64,000 bases of DNA from assembly GCF_009914755.1 (NCBI RefSeq), contig NC_060940.1; one strand, 5' to 3'. Of the stretch, positions 41,751 through 57,670 are shown piece after piece. This DNA is from the human T2T-CHM13v2.0 reference genome, Homo sapiens. Below the pieces are notes generated by a model. It was not told where the DNA came from, made no database searches, and was given only the letters and a program-made list of their open reading frames with translations. The first letter of the stretch is position 1. The number at the start of each line of letters is the position of its first letter. Position numbers and translations under genes: made by a program.

Positions 41751-42453
41751 CCCACACCTGTGCATCAGACTTGTCTCAACAACAGACATTGGCAAGAAAG
41801 TGCTGGAGAAATCATTTCTCCACAGAGAAATAAATGCAAGAAGGGACCCAGACTAAAAGCACAAATACCATTTGTTTGGGTTCAACACAGAGTCCCAACC
41901 ACCTCAACGAAGCAGTACAAAGACACCAACAGAATTTAAAAAAAAAAAAAAAAAAAAAAAACTTAAACCTCCGTGCTCAGGACTGAACTTTCAGACAACC
42001 TGGCCCATGACCCATAAAGAGGGAACCACAAAACTGGAGATGTTCCCTTTTTTTTATTTTTTAAGGAATATTTGTGACAATTATATATAGTTTTCAAGGT
42101 TAATGGCATCTTGATTCACAATAATGAAAGTTTCATTTACATATTAGTGTCCTGGAGCTAGCTTAATTTACATAATCATAAATTGCATTTCAACTGTCCT
42201 CAGCAGCTAGTTCCCCATTTGATGAAAACGTAAACGGTAATTTTATTTGGGCTCAATTGCGTAAATACTGCATTTATGCAGCATCAGGAAATAGCATTTT
42301 AATCTAACCAGCAAGTTGGGCTCATTAAAACAAAATTAGAATATTGGTTAAAACATCAAGTCGGTTCCCTGAATGTCTTTGAAGGCCCTGGTCATTGTTG
42401 TATTATTACCCAGTTGGTTTTAACTGTATTTGCTCAAAACTGGAAAAAGCTAA

Positions 42454-42898
<445 letters not shown>

Positions 42899-44117
42899 TG
42901 ACACAAGACAGGATGGGTCCAGCATAAAAGTCTGTTCAGACAGGTGTGAACACAGGCTTGACCTCACCAACCTATCCCCACCCGACTCCTAACCCCACCT
43001 GGAAGTTAATTCATTGGGTCTTTGTGGGTTTGAACTCTCCTGTGGATCACCAGTTTCTTCTACAATGCCAGAATCTGAGCGAGGTGCAGTGAAGAATCCC
43101 AGATATAAACAAAATCTTGCCCTGTCCTCACTGGCAGGAAATAAGATGCACAAACTGCTTTGAGATAAGGAAGAGGGAGCAGAAAGACGCTTCCTCCACA
43201 AAGGCTCTGGGAGGTGGGCCAGCCTGGCCTGGCAGAGGGGGACACTGAGGCTCAGAAAGGTGAAGCCACGTGCTCAAGTTCACTAGCTAATGCAGGGGTC
43301 AAGATGCAAGTCAGGAGAGGCTAGAAGAGGTTCTTAAATGTTTACTGGGAATGTTGCACTCAGGTTCCCAGGGAGGCAAAGGGGTGCAAAGCTGCCATGG
43401 GATTCCTGGCGACATCACCCTCGGCCACAGCCGCTGCAGGAAGCACCAGCCCACAGGTCAGTACCTGCAGCTCCCACCACAGCTGAGGGCTTCTGTACTG
43501 CTCTCCCAAAGACATGTGAAAGGTAAAGTGAAAAAGGTACATCTCACCGGCAATATCTTCAGAGCCAGCTTCATTCATACCATCTCTGGGCTCCGTGGAA
43601 GCGCGACACGTTTCTTGCTAATCAAAACTCTGTCTGATGCCCACGTTCTGCACAATGGAGGTCACAGCTGTCTGACCCATAGCCGGGAGCAGACAGAGGC
43701 TGCACTACATAGAAAATGGGCAGATTGGGTTGTTAGGTGCAAGGAATGAATGAATGTTCTCAGCTGTTCCCAGCATTTGTTCACAGAGTGTAGAGCAGTG
43801 GGCAAGACAAGAGATTTGTCCCAGCGGAGAGCAGGCCAGGGTGGGAAGAGGTGATGCATTTATTTCCAGTGACTCCTGGCAGGGAGTTAAGCCCTTTAGA
43901 AGATGATTCTCAGACAGTACAGTTCTCTGTAAGCGAGAGAAGGGACAGAGGACCAGCGGATGCAACACAACCAATTTACAGGATGGAGTGATCCCACAAT
44001 GGCCCGCACAGCTCCCCGGTTCCTCCACACACGTGTCACATGGGTGCAATTCTTTTCATCTTTCACAGTGCTTTTGTGACAGGGAGCACACCCAGGACAA
44101 ACGTGCCTTGTTAAGAC

Positions 44118-44255
44118 AGTGCTCTGAAAGGCAGCCTTTGTCAAACCTGGATCTCCCGGGGAACCTGTTAAAACTGCAGAGGCCAAACTCACCCAACCCC
44201 CCTGAATCTCCACTTGGTTAACAAGCATCCCAGGCAGTTCTGGGGGACCCTGATG
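44118..44255. mobile_element. MER5-like fragment
   Basis: acctgttaaaactgcaga...ctgaatctcc...taacaagcatcccagg. Confidence 0.55.
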
Positions 44256-44919
44256 AGAACACAGCTCTTTATCTTTTATGGTCTTCCCAGGAGCCAGGAC
44301 TCTGGACCCCAACCAAATTCCTAGTCCCCTTCATCCAGGAATGCATCTGTAATAGCTCCCAAGAGCAGTTTAAACTCCCGACTTTAAGATAACAGCAAAA
44401 ACATTTGACCGAGGCCACATTCTATGAGAACACTTTGCTATAATTTACTCTCTAGAACTTATAGGCAAATATTTGTTGAAGGAGTGATCCAGGGAACTCA
44501 GTGATTTCCAGTCTCCAGCTTTTCCATTCTGAGAACTGGCAATGACCTTAACCAGGATACCTGGGGAGACGCCCTCCAAGATACCCTGTCTGCACATCCC
44601 TGCGTGCACTGCATATTTCTTGGGACAAACCCCGCACTGGGATGTCTGTGTCTTGTTCCTGGACCCCTGGATCCTGAGCATTTGCATATCTGTTGCTTAA
44701 GGCAGGCTTCAGGGACCTCCCAGTCACTGTCAGGTAGCTTCAGGCCAGGCCACTTTCCTCTGCATGTGAATATGTGTTCTCTCTGGTACAACCAACAGCC
44801 TCCTGGGTACCATGGCCAAGGGCTGTGCCATCTTAACTCTGGAGCTCAAACTGAAGCACATGGAGGCTTCGATACCTCCCGTGTGACACTGTTCAACATG
44901 CCCCACTAGGAATAATTCA

Positions 44920-45445
<526 letters not shown>

Positions 45446-46109
45446 TAAATTCTGCCCACACAGCTCTCTAACACTCGGACTCGTTTTGCACAAAGTTGTA
45501 AAATGCAATTTAAATATCTCCTAAGTGTCAGAACCATGAGAAAGAAAAACAAATTAATCAACAAAGAATCCCATTTCAACAGTTTTCAAGCCAGCTTGTG
45601 TCTGTCACCAAACCACAGGTGAAATGCTAATAAAATCCAGCTTACATCAACAGCATAATAATTTAAAGATGGCCTATTTTTCCGAAGAAACACATATATT
45701 ATATATTTCCAGACATGGCCTTTTTAATGAGTGTGAACTTTTTTAGAAGAAAATTATTAGAAGATAGCAAAAGTCTGCTGGAGAATAAAACGTGGCAGAG
45801 TCGCTGTTGAATGGCAGAAAAAATGATCCGGGAGGCCCATCAGCGGGGGCAAAAGCTGTCTTTTTCGGGTAATCTAGCAAGACGAATGCAGCAGGAGGGA
45901 TCCTCAGAGAAAAGGCAACCAGCAAGACAACAGTAATGAAGTCATTTCACCTTTCTATCCTAATTTGAAGAGACGAGGCAATGGGACCTTGCACCAGCTT
46001 TGCATGCTGAGTGTGAATTGCAGCAGGAGAACCAACGAGTGAGCTGAGCCCATCGTAGTGAGAACAAACGGAGCCCTGACAGCCTAGGAGCTGACTCCCA
46101 CCTGCCCTT

Positions 46110-46530
46110 GAGCCTCAGCATTGCCCTGTACTACATGACTTGCCTTTCTCAAGCCCAAAGCCTCTTTCTGCACGTCCATGCTTTTGCACATTTTCTTCTC
46201 TCTGCTCCTTCTCTCCTTACCCACCTGAACCTTATTCCAAACCCAGATTCAAAAACTACCTCCTCCAAGCTGTCTTCCCTGATCTGCTGTGTAATGTCGA
46301 ATACTCTTTGCTGTGGGCCTGTGAGCCTTCAAACTCTGCACTCTGCCCACGATTACCCACCTTATTAGCACATTTCTCACTCTACAGTGTATTACCTGCC
46401 TCCTAGACAGACTCTCCTACTAGATTGGAAGCTCTCTGAGGACAGGGGCCATGTTGCAGACATCCTTGTCACCCTGGTGTAGACCACAGAATTCAGCAGC
46501 CTCTAGGTGTCAATAAATTCTTATGGAAGC
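46110..46530 (+). mobile_element. L2 3' fragment
   Basis: ccatgcttttgcaca...ctactagattggaagctctctgaggacagggg...caataaat. Confidence 0.7.
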
Positions 46531-46724
46531 AAGGTAAGAGCCAAGGTAGAAAGCATCACCTTAAAAAGCCATTGACCCAAATGTTTAGGCCACAAAGTCT
46601 CCTTGAAAAGTCTTTACTAGGGTGGAGATGTAAAAGGATATGACCAAACTGGTGATTGTGTGAAAATTCCAGAGATTTGGATATTATGCTCATGACCCGA
46701 ACGGCATGATCCCCTCCGATGGGA

Positions 46725-46930
46725 TCTGGGGTTAAGCTTTGAAGTCAGGCAGGATCAGACTCACGACCCAGCTAGCCACCTTGCTGGATGGTCTTAGGCA
46801 AGTTACACAACCTCTCTGAGCCTATTTCCTCAACCAACATGCAGAGATAACTGCCCTGTAGGGTTGTTGAAAGGTTGTAATGAAATAGTTAAGTGGAAAT
46901 GCCAGACACCATGATTCTCAATAAACGTCA
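46725..46930 (+). mobile_element. MIR
   Basis: gctttgaagtcagg...cttaggcaagttacacaacctctctgagcct.tttcctc...ctcaataaa. Confidence 0.8.
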
Positions 46931-46941
46931 TGCTCTTCCCC

Positions 46942-47616
<675 letters not shown>

Positions 47617-47999
47617 CCCTTTTTGTAGAAGTTTCTGCTGGGAGATTTTAGACCACATGGTACTTCGATCTTTCCACCTGTGGAATAGGCAGGCATGCTC
47701 TCAACTTCTTATTTCACTTCTCAAGGAACAAGCTTATGTAAAAAGATTATTAATATTTATAACAAACTCCATTTATTACAACTGTCGTGTAAGTGTGATA
47801 TAGTCATCCTGTTCTTCCTAAACAATGTAGGAATTACCATCTGTCATTTCTAAGAGGATTAAGAGATTGTCATCGATTAGAGACATGCTATTAGCGGAGT
47901 GAATGGTTGCCCGTGGAAGAGGCATGTCTCCCCATCGAGGGGGGACGAGTCTGTACTCTGCTCTCTGTGGATCAGTGGTCCTCCTAGCTTTGTGTGTTC

Positions 48000-48150
48000 C
48001 TCCCGAGACGTGCTGGAAGAGGGTCTCATATAATCCCTACTGCAACATTTTGAGGCTGGTAGTATGACCCACATTTTACTGATGAGGAAACCAAGGCTCA
48101 GAAAGGCTTTCTGAGTCCAAATCCAGTGCTCTCTGCTCATCCTTACCCAA
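48000..48150 (-). mobile_element. MIR
   Basis: cattttactgatgaggaaaccaaggctcaga. Confidence 0.75.
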
Positions 48151-48498
48151 GATGCTGCACGAGGGATGGTTGCATTGCAGGGAAGATGGAGCCAGGTGAC
48201 TGCTAAGGTGTCTTCCAGGTGCAAGTTTCTCCAGGGCTACAAAAAGAATAGCAGGGGCTGAGAATTACCAGAGCGGGCGTCCTTTTCACTTCTCAAGAGG
48301 GAAAAGAGGAGGTACCTGAAGTGGGAATTGTGGCTGTCGGAAATATAATAGCACTCAAAATCAAATTCATGACACACCCCCTATAGTTATCTGCAACGAT
48401 GTAAAACTGTCAATGTTTTCATCCACAAAGGGGAAAAAAACTCAGCTATGATCATGTCCTTGGGAGACAATTCTCAGGGATCTCTTAGGGTTAGAGCT

Positions 48499-48616
48499 GG
48501 GTAGCCATGCATCCCAGGCTGCCTAGGACAGCACCAGTTATGCAAACTGTCCCAAAATAACGATTAATAGTGCCCCAACACACTCTCAAAAGTATCCCGA
48601 TGTATGTGGTCATCCC
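48499..48616 (-). mobile_element. MER94-like (hAT-Blackjack)
   Basis: Reverse complement gggatgacca...acttttgagagtg...ggcactattaat...gggaca...tggctaccc. Confidence 0.7.
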
Positions 48617-48619
48617 ATA

Positions 48620-48770
48620 ATCAAAATATGGGTACACATTAAAATCACACAGGAGCTTTGTAAGCAGCTTGAGTAAATCTGAATTCATGGGGGTGAGATC
48701 CAGGCATTGGTAGCGGCGATTTTTTTTTAAGCATGGTTTTAATGAGCAGCCAAGGTTGAAGGCAGCTGTC
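48620..48770. mobile_element. MER5A-like
   Basis: cacattaaaatcacacaggagcttt...ccaggcatt...taatgagcagccaaggttga. Confidence 0.6.
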
Positions 48771-49769
48771 CTCGGTAGAAGACACGAGCCTCCTTGGTGA
48801 GCAAAGGGGCATGGGGTCCCTGGACAGCAGTTGGGCGGGGAGATGGGGGGACCCAGCTAGTCCTGCAGGGGACTTGGAGCAGCAGAGGAAGAAGCAGGAG
48901 GCTAGTCCAGCAGACGCCATCCGTGGCCCCGCCATGCTCACTGGTTCTTCTCCTGCTTGTGTTCACTTACCTGCACACTTCAGGAAGGGACTGCAGGCTC
49001 CTGACAGCTCATGCCGGGTGCCAGCTTGGCAGTGAGCGGGTAATTAGTGCTCATCGTGCTCCCAGAGAAAGGCAGTGAAGGAAGTCGCCTGTTTCACCTT
49101 GAAGCAAAGAAGGAGAATCCAGAGAAACAGATTTTTCCACACATTTTGGAGCGGTTCTGCCAGAGAATTCCATCGAGGTGTGTGGAGTTAGGCCACTGGC
49201 ACATATCAGCCCCAGAGCCCAGGATGAAAACGTGTCCTGTGCAGGGTTTCTTGAACAGATTGTCCCCAAATGTTGCATCTCTCCTAATTAATGCTGCAAG
49301 ATAAGTCTGTGGCCTCTCGTTGCACATCAGGGAGGTTCTTGGGAAGAGAAGGGCCTGCCATCTCCTTGTCCCAGCTACAGAGAGAACAGACTATCCCCAG
49401 GGAGTTCTCTTGGGTTTTGAATCACTTTTGCAGCTCTGGCATTTATGCTTCTGACCAAAAAGCATTTGCAAGAGGAGAAAATGAAGGTGGAGGTTTGTGA
49501 AAGGTTTCCCTTCCTAAGAGGGGCAGCAAACATCACTATAGCTAGACCTGAATGGTGTTGGTAGCTCCCAGATATATTCTAACTACTTCCTACATTATAC
49601 CTGTCAGTATTTTTCAAACTATGCTCCTGAAAACCTCTTCAATGATGTATTAGGAAAACTTATTCTATAAAACACTACTTAAGAAACTTCAATATACATG
49701 GAAAAACATTATCATTTGTGGATTTAACAAGCACAGTTTTGACTTATGAGTAAGAAAGATATTGGCAGG

Positions 49770-50575
<806 letters not shown>

Positions 50576-50807
50576 TAAGGAAAAGATATTTCGTTATTTC
50601 TTTAGGATGACATGTTAAGGGGACTGAGCCAGGCCAGAAACCATTCAATAAGAAAATATTCAAAGACAACCACTAATTAACTTGTTCCTCTTTCTGCATG
50701 TGAAGACCACAGCACGCTAAGAGAAAGATGAGAAAACAGGTCATCTATTTTCAAGGAGGGTACACAATAGAGCTTTCCACTTGATAAACTTTTTTCCGTA
50801 AGATGTC

Positions 50808-51198
50808 TGTATTTGTCCATTCTTGCATTGCTATAAAGAAATACCTGAGACTAGGTAATTTATAAAGAAAAGAGGTTTTAATTGGCGCATGTTTCCACAG
50901 GCTATACAGGAAGCATGACTGGGAAGGCCTCAGGAAGCTTACAGTCATGGCAGATGGCGAAGGGGAAACAGGCATGTCTTCAACCATGGCTAGAATAGAA
51001 GGAAGAGAGAAAGTGGGAAGGTGCCAAACACTTTTAAACAACCTGACCTTATGATAATTCACTCACTATCATGAGAACAGCACCAAAAAGAAAATCCACC
51101 CACATGATCCAATCACCTCCCACCAGGCTCCACCGCCAACATTGGGGATTATAATTTGACATGTGATTTGGGTGGGGACACAGACCCAAACCATATAA
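50808..51198 (-). mobile_element. MSTA-like MaLR solo LTR
   Basis: gcattgctataaagaaatacctgagac...acaggaagcatg...cttttaaacaacc...aaaccata; 5-bp TSD atgtc (50803-50807, 51199-51203). Confidence 0.95.
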
Positions 51199-51698
51199 AT
51201 GTCATAATCTAGAAGTCCCAGCTCCTGTGTAATTAAATCCCTCTGCTTCTTGAGTTTCTATTTCTGAGCCATTCCAAGAATTCTTCTAAGATTAGAAGGA
51301 TCTCTTCCCATCAATCCAGCAACTTCCAGGTCAGTTGGAATCTCCCAGCAAACTTCAATCTGGTGATAATTGCATGAAACAAATGAGACTGGCTGGGTCA
51401 AAACATAACATGTCAGGTTTCTTTAGGGAATTCAATGGGATTTCTTCTGTGGACTTTAGATTTTTTCTGTTCCAGGGATTTCATTACTCTCCTATGTTCA
51501 CCAAATCCTACTTCACTAATTCCCGCCATGTTGGCCCTGTCCCTACAACAGGGCTTTTACCTCTATTTTCTGTTTGGTCTCCATATGTAGCTCTAGACAT
51601 GGATGCCTGCTCTGAACCCCAGCATGGCAGCACAAAGTGCATTCACAGTACACTGCTACCACTTGAGCTCACTGCATCTTACATTGCATTTTTACTAC

Positions 51699-52122
51699 TG
51701 TCCTGAGTCAGATGAGACAGAACACTCATACACACAAGTTATATGCAACAGGTTTATTCATTAGAAATACACAACAAGGGACAACTAAAGCCAAGGATTC
51801 ATGACAAGCCAGTCCCCCAAGGCTCAGGAGAGCTTCCCAGGGTAGATGGAGTCTCATCTGTGCATGCCCCACTTGTACTGCAGCCGAAGGACCCCAGAAA
51901 GAAGCCCACCCTGGGTTTTATACCTGGGAGATCGATGAGTCACTGGGCTAAAGCACCAAAGGACATCTGAGGGACAGGTACAGAGCCCAGGCTGTTCCAG
52001 CCAACTCCTCCTTGTCAGAAGATATTGCATTCCCAGCAAAGTCTAAAGTTATTCTTGACAACTACAAGTGAGAATGGCAGAAGAGCCGCGTCAGTCCACA
52101 GCCACCCAGCAACCGTCCTGCA
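51699..52122 (-). mobile_element. ERVL solo LTR (MER54/73/74-group-like)
   Basis: tg...ca termini; tcccccaaggctcagga, gatggagtctc, ccctgggttttatacc (antisense TATA), tttatt (antisense polyA signal). Confidence 0.7.
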
Positions 52123-52339
52123 AGCAGCTGGTAATCTGACATCATTCCTGCTCCTGTCCACACCTCCCTGACAGCTCTGCTTTGTCCCCTGAGGTGGTCC
52201 AGACTCTAGATCAGAGAAAAGTGATCCTGGAGATGCATTAAAAGAAAGCCATATTCAGGAACAGGTCTTGGCCCAATTGACTTGGTCTATAAGGCAGAGG
52301 ATTCAGAATTTGTTGAAAGCAAATGGGTATGGATTAGGG

Positions 52340-52530
52340 TGAGATGGGGTTAAGTACAAGTCTACCCTTGACCAGTTGTATGGTCTTGGGAAAGCCATTT
52401 GGCCTCTCTGGCCTCAGTTTCTGTAACTGCAAAATAGGGTTGAGAGTAGCACTGACTTCTTAGTATTGTGATAAAGATGGAAAGGCATGCAAGTGCAAGC
52501 ACTGGGTACTGTGCTTGACACACAGTAAAC
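52340..52530 (+). mobile_element. MIR
   Basis: tcttgggaaagccatttggcctctctggcctcagtttc...gcaaaatagg...gacacacagtaa. Confidence 0.8.
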
Positions 52531-53789
52531 TCCAGACTCCACACGTGTGGGATCAGAGCATGGGGCTGTATGGTCTTATCGCACACCCCTGTGTGGGCAC
52601 ATGTGCAGATGCTGCAGAAGCAGAAGAAACAGGACAGGCATGAGTCTGGCGGTGACAATTGAACCCAGCACCTCCCTTGGGCATCAGACCAGAGACTCAC
52701 AGGAACTGAAGACGACTTTTCCCACATCACCAGCACCTGTCTTCCCCCTCTAGGTCCCCAAAGCCTTGGGCTCCACCCTGGAACCATGGCACAGTGGCTG
52801 GGCCTCCCGAACCTTTCGTACATCCTGCAGACAGAGCTAGTCCCATTTTCCAGTCTTCTTCACTTGGTCTCCAGGGCACTTCCTTGCTTTTCTGTCCCTG
52901 CCCCTCAAAACACTCTAGCCATTCCTAAAGTTTGCATGGAGGATACAAACACCTCCCCAAGTCGATCTTGTGTTTAAGACCACATCATTCCTAAATCAGG
53001 GTACTTACGGTCTGAGAGATCGTTTATTTGTGCAGGAGGAAGTCAAAGCTCAGAGAGAGAATCACTCGCCGAAGGTCAACTGCTAGTTGGCTGTCAAGCC
53101 AAAACCAGAGCATCCAAATGCTGACCGCCTGCCCAGTACTCCCCGCCAACCTGCTGTGGCTCCCAGACCAACTGCCTCCCACTTTTTTGGGAGAGTCTCC
53201 TGATGAGAACACTGCTTTTTCACTCTATCTGGGATGAAAATAGAACAAACTGACTTTGTAATGTCATGAAATATTAAGCTTGATTTTCCCAGCTGCTGAC
53301 ATCCAAAATTGCCAGCAAGCTTGAAAGCCCCAGTGGAGCCCATTGGCTGTGCTAAAAGAATCAGGGGCTTGCCGCTTGGGAAGGAGAACAGCCCCTCTCA
53401 ATGGCAGGAGGAGACGGGCTGGGGGAAGGGGGGCCCGCAGAGCTCAGTGACCACCAGGAAGCCAGGGACAGGGCAACAGCGAATCAAGACAGATGGGGGT
53501 AAGGGTCTTCCATTAAAATTTTAAACCACAGGCACTCCATGACCAGGCATACTTGAAATGCCATCCCTGGGAGATGGAAGCCAAGAGGCTGTTAAGGTTA
53601 TTGTGTGAAGTTGCCAAAAATGGAAGACATAATGCATCACTTGTCCTTTGGAAATTTTTTGAAAGGAAAGTTCTCCATGACATAGAACCCATTGTGCAAA
53701 TGGGGGCAGGGAAATCAAGCAACATTTTCTCAGCAGTTTTCCTGAGAGTACCGCCAAAGTCTCATCATATTTGAGAGGGTAGAGTTAGA

Positions 53790-53975
53790 AAAATCTCTAG
53801 AGTTAGAAACATGGGTGCTGGAGTTAGAAAATTCTGGATTTGGTCTCTGGCTTCATAAACTTTTTCACTGGGCAGGTCCATTAACCTCTCTGAACCTTGG
53901 TTGCCCCATTTGTAAAATGAGGCTAATAACACCACCCTCAAAGGGCTGTTTTGAGGATTAAATGGAGTGCATGAC
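53790..53975 (+). mobile_element. MIR (interrupted by an AluJ)
   Basis: ctgggcagg..ttaacctctctgaacct...catttgtaaaatgagg...tgaggattaaatg. Confidence 0.85.
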
Positions 53976-54260
<285 letters not shown>

Positions 54261-54374
54261 GGGGTACGTTATAAAGAACCTTGATGGGACCTCACCCTAA
54301 GTAAGGTCTTAGAAAAGGAGAGGGAGGGTCTCTCTATTTTGGAGTTTAAAATGGACTTTATGGTTTACTTATTT

Positions 54375-54472
54375 TCATGACAATTTTTCATATGGGGAAA
54401 CTGAGTCCCAGATGATAAAGTGACTTCCCCATGACCCCTGACAGCAGAATTGAATTCAAGTCTTCTGATTCT
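54375..54472 (-). mobile_element. MIR fragment
   Basis: atggggaaactgagtcccaga..aagtgacttcccc. Confidence 0.7.
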
Positions 54473-54631
54473 CTGGAAATGGGCTTTCTCATATCAAGGA
54501 ACACCTCCTCCCCAACATCTCCTCCCTTCTTTTCCCCAAAGCTCAATACCTCTTAAATATTCAGTATGAGGTGTGGGAGGGTGGGAGTATGGGAGAGAAA
54601 ACAGACTGTGTGTTACTGTTTATGATGCTCA

Positions 54632-55124
<493 letters not shown>

Positions 55125-55744
55125 TCAAACAATTGCAGAAGGAGAGAAGTCACAAACAGCTATGGCTGAATGTGTGGAACCAATGAGGGAGAGGAGGAAT
55201 GCTGTGAACCCAGCGATGCAAAGCTGTAGAAGAGTCCGTGTGAACACACACCACGCATGTGCAAAAGGGAGCGGGGACCCTCGCGAGACTACAGACCACG
55301 GGATGATGGAGGTGTCATCTTGAGTTAAATTAAAGCAAAGTGCTCATGCTTTTTTTCTTCGTATCATCTATCTTGATGGGAGTTTTCTGATCTTTGCAGT
55401 GCCAAGTGCACGTAGAATTTAAGTGGCTGTTTTCATGCCCTTTTGTGTAGATCCAGGTTGTTTCCAACCATTAAAATATTTTCTCCTCTAAGAAGCTGGA
55501 GGATGGGGTGAAACCCCTCACCCCCACCTGCAGGTAATGCTAATTTTACTGCTATGCAACCACAGGCTCTGATCCCACATGTGTGAGGCACTTACTAGGG
55601 AGCACTCGGGGAAGATGCTTGGCCTCAGAAACATGCATTCTAGCTAGAAGGCAGAGGTGAGATTGTGTGCGAGTAAGAAATAAAGAGATGGTACTTAGAA
55701 AACCATGGAAGGAGGTGAAAGGGAAAGATCCTAGAGACAGATAA

Positions 55745-55870
55745 ATTCAATTCTCCAGTATGTCAAATGGAGACACTGAGTGGACCAGAGAAGAGAAATG
55801 ACTTGCCCAAGATCACACAGCCAGTTCATGGTGTGGTGAGGACTAGAACCTGTCCTTTTGACCAGTGTTC
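55745..55870 (-). mobile_element. MIR fragment
   Basis: atggagacactgag...aaatgacttgcccaagatcacacagc...ggactagaacc. Confidence 0.8.
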
Positions 55871-56002
55871 CGTGTGCTTATGCTACACTCTGTTTCTTCT
55901 TGTTGGTGTCAGGAAGGAACTGAGAAAGTTTCATCCATCTTCTTATGCAGACAAGACCCTCCTCCTGAGCCCAGACAGACTCCTCAATCAGAAAGTACCA
56001 GA

Positions 56003-56280
56003 TCACACCTGTAATCCCAACATGTTGGTAGGCCGAGGCAGGTGTATCGCTTGAGGCCAGGAGTTTGAGACCAGCCTGGGCAATATGGTGGAACCCCGTC
56101 TCTACTAAAAATACAAAAATTAGCTGGGCGTGGTGGCCCCAGCCGGTAGTCACAGCTACTCGGGAGGCTAAGGTGGGAGAATCACCTGAACCTGGGGAGG
56201 AGGTTGAGGCTGCAGTGAGCCATGATCACGCCACTCCACTCCCAGGAACAGTGTGACCTGCTCTCACCATGTCTAATAAA
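56003..56280 (+). mobile_element. AluJ (5' end eroded)
   Basis: tcacacctgtaatccca...gcttgaggccaggagtttgagacc...gaggctgcagtgagccatgatc. Confidence 0.92.
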
Positions 56281-57130
56281 TTGCCGCATTAAGGATACTG
56301 CCCCAGGGGGTTGCCTTTCAGCCCTATAAGGCTGATGCTGCCCAAGTCGCCTTATATATCCATGAGCTAAGGCTCTCCAATGTCCCAGTAAACACAGATG
56401 TTCTTGTAACTTGGCTTCATGGCTCTTACCTTTTACCTTCAAACAATTGATCACCCCATATCTGGTCTGCTGGACATTGACCATGATAATGTCTGTTGGT
56501 AGATATGAGAAAAAATAAACCTTGCACATTGAATCAAAATGGTATGGTGAACCTGGAAGGCATTTCTGGCACACTGTGTCCAAGGAACCACAAAGAACAC
56601 CCCTCATCCACAGGGCCATGCGGGAGGGTGTTTTCAACAGCTGGCATTAACACATGGGCTGACGGGGGACTGGTGGCCACCTCCCCTGGTGGGGGATTTC
56701 AGCAGCCCCCACTGGACTCCCACAAATGGCAGAAATCATGCTGGTGTGACCACGGCAGGCTAAAATCCTCCAAAAAAGGCTGTCTGCCAGGGGACTCCGA
56801 TGATTTGTAATCAAATTGTGTTTCATTAAAGAGAAAGCATCCAGAGGTTTCCTGTTGGCTGCGTTCTTGCAAATTAAAGATAATGGAGTTAACAGAAAAC
56901 AATTGTAAGTCAGATACCAACAGGTGAAATGAGCCCAAGGAAACTTCATCTCTTTGGATGCATGTATGTGGCGTGTGGGTCCTGCTTGAGCTGGTGGGAG
57001 GTGAGCTGGATTCTGTCTTTGCCCAGAAAGCATGGTTCACATCAAAAACAGGTCAGGTGGTCCCTAACCATGTAACTTTGGGCCAGATAGTCTCTGCCCC
57101 AACTCTAGTCTTTAAAACAAGAAAGATTTA

Positions 57131-57266
57131 TAGGATGACCAGCAAAGTGACCACTTTGCCAAGAAATGGGAAGTTTCCCAGGTCATGGTACTTACAGTGC
57201 TATTAATTATTATTATTAATAAAATCAGGAAAATTCTGGACAAACTGGGATGAGTTGATCACCTTA
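57131..57266. mobile_element. MER81-like (hAT-Blackjack)
   Basis: Degenerate TIRs taggatgacca / tgatcacctta; internal tttcccagg..acttacagtgcta..acaaactggga. Confidence 0.7.
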
Positions 57267-57479
57267 CTGGGTTTCCCAAGATTCCCTGAGTTGCAAGAAC
57301 CCATAAGCCTGTAACGAATGTGTTGTAAGCCTAACAGGGTTTCAGGCACACAGAAGGGACTCCGCAAGTGCCTCCCCTTTCCTGTGATCCTGGCCAAGCA
57401 CTGTCCCCTCAGCCTGTTCTGAGATCTCGGAGTTCCATGGTGGTGAAGCCTCCAGAAACGTTATCACCTGCCACCTTCA

Positions 57480-57670
57480 CCACATATTTGCGCCCTTCAT
57501 TATGTAGAGAATGCAGTTTGTAAAACAACAACCTGAAAAGGTTGGCAAACGTCTCTCTTCCAGCTGAAAATATGGAGGCGGAGGCCCAAAGCAGTTTTGT
57601 GATTTTTCTCGAGGCCACAAGGAGCTAGGATTCCACCACATGTCTGTGGACTCCAAGCCCAATGACTCAT
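57480..57670 (-). mobile_element. MIR fragment
   Basis: aacaacctgaaaagg...gaggcccaaagcag..gtgatttttctcgaggccaca..gagctaggatt...gactccaag. Confidence 0.65.

Noticed and set aside
41935-41961. Isolated A24 tract as a retrocopy tail
   Set aside because: No TSD, polyadenylation signal or recognisable upstream gene/SINE body.
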